Source: Mesoterricola sediminis
GTDB lineage: Bacteria; Acidobacteriota; Holophagae; Holophagales; Holophagaceae
DNA length: 64,000 nt
Assembly: GCF_030295425.1 (NCBI RefSeq)
Contig: NZ_AP027081.1
Coordinates: 2,108,965 to 2,172,964, forward strand
Reading direction: 5' to 3'
Shown here: piece by piece, positions 46,112 to 55,560 of the stretch
How the letters are laid out: each line of letters begins with the position of its first letter
Position numbering within the stretch: the stretch's first letter is position 1
Position numbers and translations under genes: made by a program
The notes under the pieces: generated by a model
What the model saw: the letters and a program-made list of their open reading frames with translations, nothing else
Database searches by the model: none
Told to the model about the DNA's origin: nothing

Positions 46112-49018
46112 CTAGAAGGACAGGCGGGCGCCGAGCTGCACCTGACGGGTGTCGCCCAGCATCGTCCAGTTCTTGGTGACGGCGGGAGCCGCGTCGGTGG
46201 ACACGGGGTTGGAGGAGGGCACGATCTTCCAGTAGGTGTCCTGGCGGTTCAGGATGTTGAAGATGTCCACGGAAGCCGTGAACTTCACCTTGCCGACCAG
46301 GGTCCAATCGCGGCGCAGGCCCAGGTCCAGGGTGGTCTGGGAGCAGGTGCGCTTGGAGTTGCGGCCGTATTCCTGGCCGTAGATGTAGAACCGGTCGTTG
46401 GTGGTGGCGCCGTCCCCGTTCATGTCCTTGGAGTAGGTCACGGAGTAGGGGGAGCCGCTCAGGTAGCGCACGGAGAGGCTGGCGAGGATCCCGGAGAACC
46501 GCTTTTCGTTGAAGCTGATGTAGCCGGTGAGGACCGAACGGCGGTCGGTGTCGGCGTAGCCCCAATCCTTGTAGGGATCGTTCACGTCCTGGACGCCGAT
46601 GCCCGAGTAGTTGCGCTCGTTGGAATCGAAGTCCTTGTTGATGGAGTAGGTGTAGTAGAGGTCGGCCTCGATGGGGCTGTCGGCCTTGTGGTACTTCAGG
46701 CTCAGGGTGTAGGCATGGTAGAGGCTGGTGCCGTCCGACATGTACTGGCCCATGGTCTGGTAGGTGGTGTTCGGGCGGGCGGAGTACACCGTGCGGCCGT
46801 AGGCGTTCACGGAGGGGGTGCCGATGTTGACGTCGCGGGTGCGCTCGAGCTGGTTGCCCTTGGCGTAGGTGGCGGACAGGCCGGTCACGAGCGCGTCGAA
46901 GGAACGCTCAACCGCGACGTTGACGCGGTCGGTGTAGGGGTTCTTGAAGTCCTGGCTGAACGTCCAGATGCTGAACGCGGGCACCTTGGCGGCGGCGGCG
47001 GAGGGGAAGGCCGAGAACCAGAAGGGGTTCGCCGGGTTGAAGGCGCTCGCGCCGGTGTTGCCGTAGGGGATGCCGAACGTGGTGGCGTCGGCGGCCTTGA
47101 AGTCCACCTGGCCCGTGCGGCGGGCGTTGGCCGCGAAGACCTGGTAGAGGAACACGGCCGGGGTGGTGCTCACGTAGCGGCCCACGCTGCCGCGCACGAC
47201 GGTCTTGCCGCCGTCGAAGCCCGGGGTCCAGGTGAAGCTGAGGCGGGGCGAGAACTGGCTGTCGTTGGGGATCTTGGCGGTCAGCGGCATGGGCTTGGCC
47301 ATGGGGTTGCTGTAGTCCAGGATCGGGTAGTCGGGGTTCTGCTGCTTGTCCCAGCGGACGCCGAGGCCCACCTTCAGTTCCTCGCTGATGCGCCAGTCGG
47401 CCTGCAGGTAGGCGGCGATCTGCTTGGTCTCGGCGCTGAACTGGCCGGCGTCGCGGACGTCGCCGTTGAGGCCGAAGTTCTGGCGGTAGGTCGTCCACTT
47501 CCCGGCGCGGTAGTTGGCCAGGTTGTCGAAGTAGTAGACACCGCGCCAGTTGCCGGCGAAGAACTCGGCCACGTCCACGGCGTTGTAGTCCACGCCGGCC
47601 TTCAGCTGCAGGGTGGGGGTGGTGTAGCTGATGTTCTCGACGAACTGCTTGCGCTTGGTGGAGTAGGTGCGGTCGAAGGGATACGCGCCGTAATAGCCGC
47701 CGCCCGTGATGCTCACCTCGGGGGTGGTGCTGTACGGGTCGCGGGGCATGTCGTCCTTGACGTAGTTGAAGCGGAACTCGTTCATCCAGTTGGCGTTGAT
47801 GACCATGTTCCACTGGAGGACGTAGGCGTCGGACTTCACGACGTCGGAGGCCATGTTCTCGTAGGCGGCGGTGGTGCCGGAGCCGGTGTCGCCGGTGAAC
47901 TTGGAGTGGTTCACGCGGGCCTGGATGACGTTGTTGGCGTTGATGTTCCAGTCGAAGCGGGCGAAGACCGTGTCGGAGTCGGCCTTGCTGTCATAGTTGC
48001 CCTGCTTGGAGAGGAGGACGGCGTCGTAGGGATTGCTGGCGACGAGGGTGTTGTAGCCGCCCTTCGTGGGATCGGGGTTGCCGAAGGCCATGTTGATGGG
48101 CGTCGTGCGGCGCTGGCCGTCGTAGGCCACGAAGTAGAACAGGGTGTCCTTGATGATCGGGCCGCCGGAGGCGAAGCCGAACTGGGCCTGCTTGAAGTCG
48201 CCGACGACCTTCTGGTCGGGGCGCTTGGCCACCATGCTCTTGGGACGGGCGTAGTAGAAGAGGGAGCCGGTGTACTCGTTGGTGCCGTTCTTGGTGATGG
48301 CGTTGAGGTAACCGCCGCCCATGCGACCGAACTCGGCGCTGGCGCCGTCGGTGATGACCTGGTACTCGCGGATGGCTTCGGAGGAAATGGTGAAGGGGGT
48401 CTTGCCCTCGGCCGCGCCCACGGCGCCACCGAAGAACGGCTCATTGTTGTCGCCGCCGTCGATGTTGATGGAGGTGTTCACACCGCGCTGGCCGGCGATG
48501 GCGAGGTTGCCGCGCTGGCTGTCGACCACCACCTGGGGCGTCAGGGTGGCCAGGGTGGTGAAGGAACGGTCCTTCATGGGGATGCTGCTGATCGCCTCGG
48601 GGCTGATGAAGGCCGCGGTGCTGGCGCGCTCCTGGTCGACGGTGGCCACGGAGGCGACCACTTCGACGGTGATGGCGGCCTCGGCGGCCATGGTCACGTT
48701 CAGGGGGGCGGCATCACCCAGGTTCAGGGTGACCTTCAGGTTGGCAGCCGTCTGGTAGCCCTTGGCGGCGACGGTCACCGCGTAGGCGCCCACGGGCAGG
48801 GTGGGGGCGAAGTAGCGGCCGTTCGCGTCCGTCACGGCGGTGCGGATGAGACCGGTCTCCTGGTTGCGGATGGTGACGGTCGCGCCGGCGATGCCGCCGC
48901 CGCCCTTCGCCGTGATGCGGCCGGTCAGCTGGGAGGACACACCCTGGGCCAGAAGGGGGGCGCCGCAGATCAGAAGGGGCAGAAGCCGGGATAGCCGGAG
49001 GGCACTTTGCATGGACAT
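46112..49018 (-). CDS. TonB-dependent receptor with N-terminal carboxypeptidase-regulatory-like domain
   Basis: Signal peptide, GRITAKGGGGIAGATVTIRNQETG (CarbopepD_reg), plug domain, 22-strand barrel, terminal ...ARLSF. Confidence 0.85.
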   Translation of the reverse strand: MSMQSALRLSRLLPLLICGAPLLAQGVSSQLTGRITAKGGGGIAGATVTIRNQETGLIRTAVTDANGRYFAPTLPVGAYAVTVAAKGYQTAANLKVTLNLGDAAPLNVTMAAEAAITVEVVASVATVDQERASTAAFISPEAISSIPMKDRSFTTLATLTPQVVVDSQRGNLAIAGQRGVNTSINIDGGDNNEPFFGGAVGAAEGKTPFTISSEAIREYQVITDGASAEFGRMGGGYLNAITKNGTNEYTGSLFYYARPKSMVAKRPDQKVVGDFKQAQFGFASGGPIIKDTLFYFVAYDGQRRTTPINMAFGNPDPTKGGYNTLVASNPYDAVLLSKQGNYDSKADSDTVFARFDWNINANNVIQARVNHSKFTGDTGSGTTAAYENMASDVVKSDAYVLQWNMVINANWMNEFRFNYVKDDMPRDPYSTTPEVSITGGGYYGAYPFDRTYSTKRKQFVENISYTTPTLQLKAGVDYNAVDVAEFFAGNWRGVYYFDNLANYRAGKWTTYRQNFGLNGDVRDAGQFSAETKQIAAYLQADWRISEELKVGLGVRWDKQQNPDYPILDYSNPMAKPMPLTAKIPNDSQFSPRLSFTWTPGFDGGKTVVRGSVGRYVSTTPAVFLYQVFAANARRTGQVDFKAADATTFGIPYGNTGASAFNPANPFWFSAFPSAAAAKVPAFSIWTFSQDFKNPYTDRVNVAVERSFDALVTGLSATYAKGNQLERTRDVNIGTPSVNAYGRTVYSARPNTTYQTMGQYMSDGTSLYHAYTLSLKYHKADSPIEADLYYTYSINKDFDSNERNYSGIGVQDVNDPYKDWGYADTDRRSVLTGYISFNEKRFSGILASLSVRYLSGSPYSVTYSKDMNGDGATTNDRFYIYGQEYGRNSKRTCSQTTLDLGLRRDWTLVGKVKFTASVDIFNILNRQDTYWKIVPSSNPVSTDAAPAVTKNWTMLGDTRQVQLGARLSF

Positions 49019-49139
49019 GCTCCTTGGAACGAGAGAAATCAGTATCTCTGGTTACCGAGCATTATCCGGGAACTTTTCTGTTAAATGAAGCACATCAACC
49101 CGCGCATATTTGCATGAGCGGTTTTTTCCTTGCCGGCCT

Positions 49140-49433
49140 TCAGCGATCCGGCTCCATCTGGCAGGTGACATCCCCCGTCGCCCAGGCCTGGCAGCCGAGC
49201 CGCTGATCGGGAGCCGCCTTGAGCAGCTTGAGGATCCGGGCTTCGGTGGCCCCGACGGGCGTGAGGTTCTCCTGGCCCGCCTCCACGGTCACGATGCAGG
49301 TTCCGCACCGGGCGTGGCCCCCGCACCGGTGGTTGAGCGGCTGTTCCCCTCGTGCGGCCGCCGCAAGCAGCGACAGCTCGCGTTCGATGGAGATCTCTAC
49401 GGTCTGCTTGCCTTTGAAGGTCACCTTGAACAT
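49140..49433 (-). CDS. 2Fe-2S ferredoxin-like protein
   Basis: CGGHARCGTC ... C pattern, 97 aa. Confidence 0.7.
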   Translation of the reverse strand: MFKVTFKGKQTVEISIERELSLLAAAARGEQPLNHRCGGHARCGTCIVTVEAGQENLTPVGATEARILKLLKAAPDQRLGCQAWATGDVTCQMEPDR

Positions 49434-49668
49434 GGGGCTCCGGTCGGGAAAGGCGGACGTGTGCCTTGGCCTAGGTCAGAATAGGGCGGGCCGGGCCCGG
49501 ACGGAAGCCTCGACAGCCCATTCGGCTGGTATCCAGACCCCCCTCTTTCGTTTTTGCACCAATCAGAAGTGTTGTAAATTTTATAATTTTACTTGTTTTG
49601 TCAACATTGGCGCGCTAGGTTGACGCTGGCCCCGGTCCCCCGGACCGGCATGCCCGACAGGAGCCCCC

Positions 49669-51249
49669 ATGCTCGCATCCCTCCGCATCGGTCAGCGGCT
49701 CGCCTTGGCCTTCGGATTCATCCTTGCCCTCCTGGCCCTGTCCAACGGCGGCGCCTTCCTCCGCATGAACGAGATGGCCGCCGACCTGGACCGGATCACC
49801 CGCGTCTACGGCATGGAGCGGGACTTGGCCATGCGCATGGAACTCGCCTCCGAGACCATCAGCCGGCTCACCGCCACGAGCCTCCTCAGCGAGACCACCG
49901 CCCAGCGGGATGCCGCGCTGGACCAGATCCCGCCCCTGCGCAAGGTCTACGACGATTCGGGCGCGGCCCTGGAGCGCATGCTCCTGTCGGAGGAGGCCCG
50001 GGCGCTCTTCGCGCGGACCCAGGAGGGGGCCCGGACCACCCGGCCCATCAACAATGAGGTCATCCGCCTCGAGAAGGCCGGCCGCCACAAGGAGGCCGTC
50101 GCCCTGTTCGCCGGAGAGGCGGAGGCCGCCAAGGAGAAGTGGTTGAAGTCCCTGGATGACCTCTCGGTCTTCGCCGCGGATCGCCTGAGGGAGGCCCGGG
50201 ACCGGGCCCAATCGGCCCTCGACAACGCGAGGTTCATGGTCGCCCTCCTCCTGGGGCTGGCCATCGCCCTGGGGGTGGCCGCGGCCCTCGCGATCACCCG
50301 CGGTATCATCCGCCCCGTCAAGGCCTTCCAGGAGATCCTGGGCCGGGCCGCCACCGGCGACCTGCGGGTGAAGGCGGAAGCCGGCGCCCGGGACGAGATC
50401 GGGGATCTGGGCGTCTCCCTCAACGGCATGCTGGGCCGCCAGCGGGAAGCCATCCAGGGCGTGGCCTCGGCCACCGCCACGGTGGCCAGCGGCGCCACCG
50501 AACTCTCCGCCAGCGCTGACCAGATGTCCTCCGCCACCCAGCAGATCGCCCGGAGCAGCGAGACCCTCAACCAGGTCATGGAGCAGGTGGCGGCGGCCAT
50601 GCTCGAACTGGCCGCCAGCGTCCAGGAAGTGGCCGGCAACGTCCGCCTCTCCCAGGAGGAATCCCGGCAGGCCGTCCTTGCCGCCGAAGCCGGACGCCGG
50701 GATGGGGAGCAGGCCACTCGCCGCATGGAGAAGATCCTCGCCACCACCGGCAACATCGCCCAGGCCGTGCGCGTGATCCAGGACATTGCCCGCCAGACCA
50801 ACCTCCTGTCCTTGAACGCCGCCATCGAGGCCGCGAAGGCCGGGGCCCAGGGCAAGGGCTTCTCCGTCGTCGCCGAGGAGGTGCGGAAGCTCGCGGAACG
50901 CAGCCGCCAGGCCGCGATGGAGATCGAGGGCCTCATCCTGGAGAGCCGCGAGGCCGTGGAAGACGGCACCCAGGCCGTGCGCGCCGCCATCGGCTTCCTG
51001 GGCAGCATCCACCAGGCCATCGACGGCGTCGCCGCCCGCGTCCAGGAGATCGGCGCCGCCACCGAGGAACAGACCCGCACCGCCGACGAAGTCAGCCGCC
51101 GCGTGGACGAGGCCTCCCGCGAGGTGGGCCAGAACGCCGCCGCCACCCACCAGCTGAGCGCCACCGTCGTCGAAATCGCCCGCACCTCCAGCGACCTCGC
51201 CCGCGTCTCCGAAGGCCTCGCCGAAGCCATGGGCCAATTCAAGGTTTGA
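49669..51249 (+). CDS. methyl-accepting chemotaxis protein
   Basis: 4HB sensor, TM, HAMP, highly conserved signalling hairpin ([15 protein letters not shown]...[16 protein letters not shown]). Confidence 0.9.
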   Translation: MLASLRIGQRLALAFGFILALLALSNGGAFLRMNEMAADLDRITRVYGMERDLAMRMELASETISRLTATSLLSETTAQRDAALDQIPPLRKVYDDSGAALERMLLSEEARALFARTQEGARTTRPINNEVIRLEKAGRHKEAVALFAGEAEAAKEKWLKSLDDLSVFAADRLREARDRAQSALDNARFMVALLLGLAIALGVAAALAITRGIIRPVKAFQEILGRAATGDLRVKAEAGARDEIGDLGVSLNGMLGRQREAIQGVASATATVASGATELSASADQMSSATQQIARSSETLNQVMEQVAAAMLELAASVQEVAGNVRLSQEESRQAVLAAEAGRRDGEQATRRMEKILATTGNIAQAVRVIQDIARQTNLLSLNAAIEAAKAGAQGKGFSVVAEEVRKLAERSRQAAMEIEGLILESREAVEDGTQAVRAAIGFLGSIHQAIDGVAARVQEIGAATEEQTRTADEVSRRVDEASREVGQNAAATHQLSATVVEIARTSSDLARVSEGLAEAMGQFKV

Positions 51250-51289
51250 GGCCCTATATCAACGTCCGGCCCTGAGCTAGACTGTTCCC

Positions 51290-51365
51290 GGCCCTATAGC
51301 TCAGCGGTCAGAGCTGGCGGCTCATAACCGCTTGGTCCAGGGTTCGAATCCCTGTGGGGCCACCA
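51290..51365 (+). tRNA. tRNA-Met (anticodon CAT; elongator Met or lysidine-modified Ile2 type)
   Basis: Cloverleaf folds: acceptor GGCCCTA/TGGGGCC, D-arm GCTC-AGCGGTCA-GAGC, anticodon arm GGCGG-CTCATAA-CCGCT, T-arm CAGGG-TTCGAAT-CCCTG, encoded CCA. G1-C72 pair argues against initiator. Confidence 0.9.
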
Positions 51366-51803
51366 AGTGCCAGGCCGACGGCATCCGAGGAAGTCTGACA
51401 TGCCTTGAAGGACAAGGGCATTTCGGACTTTCATCGTCCGAGGAGGTCTGCTGGCGGCCGAGGAAATCCGCAGTGTCATGGGAGGACATTTGGGGGCATC
51501 AACTCCACTCATAAGGAGATCCCGCCTGGCGGGGTTGGTCACTTTGCAAGACCCTATGCATGAAACGCGGAAGACTTGCCCTTGAGGACCTCTCAGAGGC
51601 AGACAGTTGAAGCCAAGCAGCCCTGCTTCCTAACCCGATGTTCGACCAGACCCTGCCAACCTCGTCTCCGATGATCGCTCCAACCCACACCAACTTCCGC
51701 CCCGTGTCGCCCGCCTCGTCTGGCAAGGCTAGTCAACGGGGTCGTTAGAAGTGGTGACAAAACCAGTGCTTTCCGCCGGCGATTACCATGCTTCATCTCC
51801 TCC

Positions 51804-51932
51804 ATCCCGACCATCGGCGTTCATCCCTGTTACGCAGGGCCGAGGCATAGATGGGTCGGCGCATGTAATGGGCGCACCGACCCATGCCATCGCTGGCCCT
51901 GCGTAACAGGGATGAACGCCGATGGTTGGGAT
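51804..51932. repeat. 129-bp palindrome: 38-bp arms (1 mismatch) around a 53-nt spacer containing a nested 9-bp-stem hairpin; lies inside the IS between IR-L and the orfB stop
   Basis: ATCCCGACCATCGGCGTTCATCCCTGTTACGCAGGGCC at 51804-51841 pairs with 51895-51932; inner ATGGGTCGG...CCGACCCAT. Confidence 0.8.
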
Positions 51933-51966
51933 CAACGGGGATAGGGCTGGGGCTACTTCCAGCGCA

Positions 51967-52473
51967 TTACCATCCCAGGGCAGAGAAGCAGATGAGGCTG
52001 GCTGCAACCTTGAGGAAGGCTAGGTGGATATCGGCCCGCCTTTCGTAACGAACCATGAGGCGCCTGAAGTGCTTGAACCACGCGAAGGTCCGCTCGACTA
52101 CCCAGCGATGCTTGCCAAGTTTCTCTGCGGTCTCGACCCCTCGCCGTGCAATGCGGGAGAGCATGCCCCGGACTTTGCAGGCCACCCGGCAGCGGCGGAA
52201 GTCGTACGCCTTGTCGGCGTGCAGTTTCCTGAAACGCCGGCGGGGGCGCCCACGACCATGGCGAATCCCTGGCACCGCATCGATCAGCTTCTCGAATGGG
52301 ACCGAGTCATGCTGGTTCGCAGGCCCCACCAGCACGGCCATCGGGATGCCATTGGCATCGGTGATCAGGTGGTGCTTGGTCCCGTTCTTCCCTCGATCCG
52401 TGGGGTTCGGGCCGATCGCTTGGCCCCCCTTTTTGCCCTGATGCTCGAAGCATCCAGGGCGCCGCGCTCCCAA
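51967..52473 (-). CDS. IS5-family transposase, orfB
   Basis: DKAYD and HRWVVERTFAWFKHFRRLMVRYERR motifs. Confidence 0.85.
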   Translation of the reverse strand: MGARRPGCFEHQGKKGGQAIGPNPTDRGKNGTKHHLITDANGIPMAVLVGPANQHDSVPFEKLIDAVPGIRHGRGRPRRRFRKLHADKAYDFRRCRVACKVRGMLSRIARRGVETAEKLGKHRWVVERTFAWFKHFRRLMVRYERRADIHLAFLKVAASLICFSALGW

Positions 52474-52763
52474 TCGATTCGGCCTGCGTCGTTCAACTCC
52501 TCAAGCAGGATTCGATGGAGGTCGTCCCACACGCCGAGGTCATGCCACTCCTGGAGTCGGCGCCAGCATGTCATGCCACTGCCGCAGCCCATCTCCTTCG
52601 GCAGATCCGCCCAGCGGATGCCTGTCTTCAGGACGAACAGGATTCCCCGCAAGGCGTTGGGGTTGGGCACAGGAGGCCGCCCTCCCTTCGGCTTCGGCAC
52701 GGGCGGAGGCAAAAGCGGAGCGATGCGTTCCCAGAGCTCAGAGGGCAAGATTTCTCGGGCCAT
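52365..52763 (-). CDS. IS5-family transposase, orfA
   Basis: SELWERIAPLLPP and GRPPVPNPNALRGILFVLKTGIRWADLP motifs; AAAAAGGGGGG in the overlap (minus strand of 52425-52435). Confidence 0.85.
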   Translation of the reverse strand: MAREILPSELWERIAPLLPPPVPKPKGGRPPVPNPNALRGILFVLKTGIRWADLPKEMGCGSGMTCWRRLQEWHDLGVWDDLHRILLEELNDAGRIDWERGALDASSIRAKRGAKRSARTPRIEGRTGPSTT

Positions 52764-52817
52764 CCAAGTACACTATGCACTCTTTCCTTGATGTACAAGG
52801 GGTTTTGTTACCACTTC

Positions 52818-53147
52818 TTAGGCATCGCGGGGCAACCGGCCAGTGATGGCCGCGAAATCAGGGGCTTGTTCGCTCCTAATAACGGCTAGGATCTCAACGG
52901 ACCGAGCCCCCGGTTGGTAAATGATCCGAAATGGAGGGTGGACCACCTCGCGCAGGTTGGGGTCATCCAACTCGGGGACCATCCTGCCGGAGGTCGGGAA
53001 TCGTTCCAGTCGGCTGATGGCTTTGTGGACAGCACGCGCAAGGCGATCTGCTGCGTCCCGATTATCCATTGCGATGAAATCCAGTGCGGTCTCCAACGCT
53101 CTGCCTGCTGGCCCTGACCAATGAACTTCAATCATTGACCTGCCCAC
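52818..53147 (-). CDS. type II toxin, RelE/ParE family
   Basis: ~100 aa with the REVVHPPFRIIYQ...VEILAVIRSEQ pattern; alternative start at 53135. The stop codon coincides with the IS target duplication. Confidence 0.7.
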   Translation of the reverse strand: MGRSMIEVHWSGPAGRALETALDFIAMDNRDAADRLARAVHKAISRLERFPTSGRMVPELDDPNLREVVHPPFRIIYQPGARSVEILAVIRSEQAPDFAAITGRLPRDA

Positions 53148-53386
53148 TTATTTAGCCGGCGTCCCATTTCCTCATGGCTGATCACATCACCCTCGGCAAT
53201 AGCTTTACGCCCTTTTTCGACAGCCGCCTGGATTTGCGCCTTCCGGGTCCATTCATCCACCAGTTGGGCAACGCTAACGCCCTGCTCAGCAGCCATGACC
53301 CTCAAAGCTCGCGCGGTCTCAGTGGGTACCACGACTGAAACCTTGGTCGTCTCACCTTCGAAATTCCTCGGACGGCCGATACTCAT
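53132..53386 (-). CDS. type II antitoxin, ribbon-helix-helix (CopG/ParD-like)
   Basis: KVSVVVPTETARALRVMAAEQGVSVAQLVDEW RHH motif; abuts or overlaps the toxin start. The ORF could extend upstream to 53449. Confidence 0.65.
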   Translation of the reverse strand: MSIGRPRNFEGETTKVSVVVPTETARALRVMAAEQGVSVAQLVDEWTRKAQIQAAVEKGRKAIAEGDVISHEEMGRRLNKWAGQ

Positions 53387-53784
53387 GTCTTCCCCCTTTT
53401 TGGAAATATATTCCATTTTCTCAAAAAGGCCAGCAGGGGACGCTTGCATTCACAATTCTGCCGATCACCAGAAGGCTCGCTCCCTTCTTGGCGGGAGCAG
53501 GGCCACCGCATGATCCATTCAGGAATGAGCCGCACCTGAATTCGCGAGCGGGAACCCGAGGAGCGCGGCCATCCGGTAGTCGGGGGACATGGCGGCCTGA
53601 AGCCGCCTGACCCAGAGTTGCTTCTCGGGCAGGTAGGCCACCGCGTTCAGGGTCGTCACCCGGCGGGTCTCCCGGGGCTTTTCCTTGAGGCGGGGACTCT
53701 CGCCCTTGATCCTCGCGCCTGTTCCTTCAGGCGCAACCTGTCGTTACCCATTGCAATTCACGATATCTGATTTATAATTTATTT

Positions 53785-54228
53785 ATGAAAGCGTTTGGGT
53801 TCGGCCTTTTTTTTCTGCCCTTCTCCATCGCCGTGGGCTTGCCGTTCTCCATGGGCAGGCTAGGTAGTGTTCCTTGGTTCCACCTTTTCTCCGGGTGCGG
53901 GGGCTTTTTTGGGGCCACCTTGTGCTGGAGACTCCTTGTGCACGGTCGAACCGATGCGTCCGGAAGGGCTGTGGTGGCCGGGATGCTCACAACCATCCTT
54001 GGCCAGTTCTTGATGTGGCTCCTCTGGTTGTTCACGTATTCCTTGTTTCCCATCCCACCGGGTGGCTCATTTCTCGAGAGGTTGCAGCAGGAGTTGTCCA
54101 CTGCAGTCCTCTTTACCGTGGGCGGCCTCGTGGCGATGTCTACATGGGTGTTGATACCCATCGGAGCACTCCATGGTTGGGCGTTCCAGCGCCTTACCCT
54201 GTTGCTAAGGAAGAAATCCCAGGGGTGA
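53785..54228 (+). CDS. hypothetical membrane protein (four TM helices), lower-GC islet
   Basis: Preceded by an AT-rich TTTATAATTTATTT promoter-like stretch; four hydrophobic helices. Confidence 0.5.
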   Translation: MKAFGFGLFFLPFSIAVGLPFSMGRLGSVPWFHLFSGCGGFFGATLCWRLLVHGRTDASGRAVVAGMLTTILGQFLMWLLWLFTYSLFPIPPGGSFLERLQQELSTAVLFTVGGLVAMSTWVLIPIGALHGWAFQRLTLLLRKKSQG

Positions 54229-54459
54229 GGATGGTCCATGCGGAAGCCCATGGGGCAAGGGTGACCTCGGCAAGTGGAGCGTCGACACCTGACGAACCCG
54301 TTGACCAGCCGTGTCCGGCTTCTGACCTTCGGTTGGCCAGAAACGCGCTTTGGGCACGGCGCTCCTGCCGACGCGAGGCCAGGGTCGGCCTCGACCATCG
54401 GGTGCGGCATGGCCGGGGCGCTGGTTCAGGTCCTTCTCTGAAATGATTTGAAATGAGGG

Positions 54460-54666
54460 CTATTTGACGGGGAATCCAAACCACGAAATATCAGCACCGC
54501 AGGATGGGCAGGTTCGCCTGCTGAGCAGCCAGCTTCGGACGGATGAAGGCTTGCTGAAGGCGGGCAAGGGTCTTCCACACCTGGGGCAGGGCGGTTTCCT
54601 TCGCAGTGTCTCGAAGAGAACCAAAAACAGGAAGGTTCCGAGTGATATGTATGCGTAATAGCTCAT
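54460..54666 (-). CDS. small membrane protein with paired CPxCG zinc-ribbon motifs
   Basis: TM helix YISLGTFLFLVLF, then CPRCG ... CPSCG; start chosen at MSYYAY. Confidence 0.45.
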   Translation of the reverse strand: MSYYAYISLGTFLFLVLFETLRRKPPCPRCGRPLPAFSKPSSVRSWLLSRRTCPSCGADISWFGFPVK

Positions 54667-54966
54667 CCTGCTTGGGTTCCGCCCATTCCGGCTTGGGAGG
54701 TTCTGCAACGTTGCACTGGCCATCCATGCATTACAGGCGTCAGATGGCCCGGAGGTGAGCGAAGGTTCCATGCGCCTCTTGAACAGCCCCCAAGACCTGA
54801 CCAGGGCCTAGGCCGTTCGAGGAAGCCAGGGCTGCAATGGTCAACCTTGCATGGGATTGCCGTACGCCGTCAGGTATCGAGGGATGACATGACCAAGAGG
54901 GCCTTCCGGCCGGCTTCGGGGTGAAGGACGGAGAACGGTCCCGCCTCCGGATGGCACCGTTCGCCG

Positions 54967-55377
54967 TCAGACAGGTTCGCCGTTCGAGGTGGAGCCCGAT
55001 GAGCGTCGGAATCCGTAGCACACCACGATGGCCCATTTCGGTCCGTGTTTTATGGGTATGCAGCCATACGAGACGGTTCCTTCAGGCGCAACGTACCCGT
55101 AACCAACCGGCATGAACCGCACGGCGGGGCCATCGGATCGATGCCGGAGGGTGAAGTCAACCGGACTCATGGATAAGAGTGCGCCCGTGAGGAGGATTGC
55201 CAGCGAACATCGCAGCAGGCGCCGGCCGCGGAGCGCGCAGAAGGCGAAGACGGCGATGGACGAAGCCAACCAAAACACGAACGACGCTCTCCAGGAGAGG
55301 GTCATCAGGCCTACGGCGTAGAGGAAAATCAGGGTTGCACCCGCTGCCGCAATCGGGAGGCGCTTCCATCGCATCAT
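54967..55377 (-). CDS. hypothetical membrane protein (three TM helices)
   Basis: Hydrophobic N-terminal two-thirds; reduced GC relative to flanks. Confidence 0.45.
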   Translation of the reverse strand: MMRWKRLPIAAAGATLIFLYAVGLMTLSWRASFVFWLASSIAVFAFCALRGRRLLRCSLAILLTGALLSMSPVDFTLRHRSDGPAVRFMPVGYGYVAPEGTVSYGCIPIKHGPKWAIVVCYGFRRSSGSTSNGEPV

Positions 55378-55560
55378 GGGACCCGGATCCGGAGGAGGGG
55401 CGCGCTGAAAGCCGCCCGGTGCCTGAGGGTGGGCAGACCCATGGGGGGGGAGGCGGGCAGGGGGGAGCCGGCGAGGGCATGTGCGGGTAACCCAGGGGCT
55501 CGCGGGACCGGGGGGGCCGCGCCGGACCGCGGGGTCGGGTGGAAGGCCATCCGGTTCGGG

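Larger units (their letters stand above)
51748..52817 (-). mobile_element. IS5-family (IS1031-group-like) element, 1070 bp, 17-bp terminal IRs GAAGTGGTGACAAAACC, 3-bp TTA target duplication
   Basis: IR-L 51748-51764 and IR-R 52801-52817 (1 mismatch); TTA at 51745-51747 and 52818-52820; orfA/orfB inside with an A5G6 slippery overlap. Confidence 0.8.

Noticed and set aside
53500-53515. GGGCCACC match to the tRNA-Met 3' end as an island att repeat
   Set aside because: An 8-nt match in 70% GC DNA is expected by chance. A genuine att direct repeat would be 15 nt or longer.
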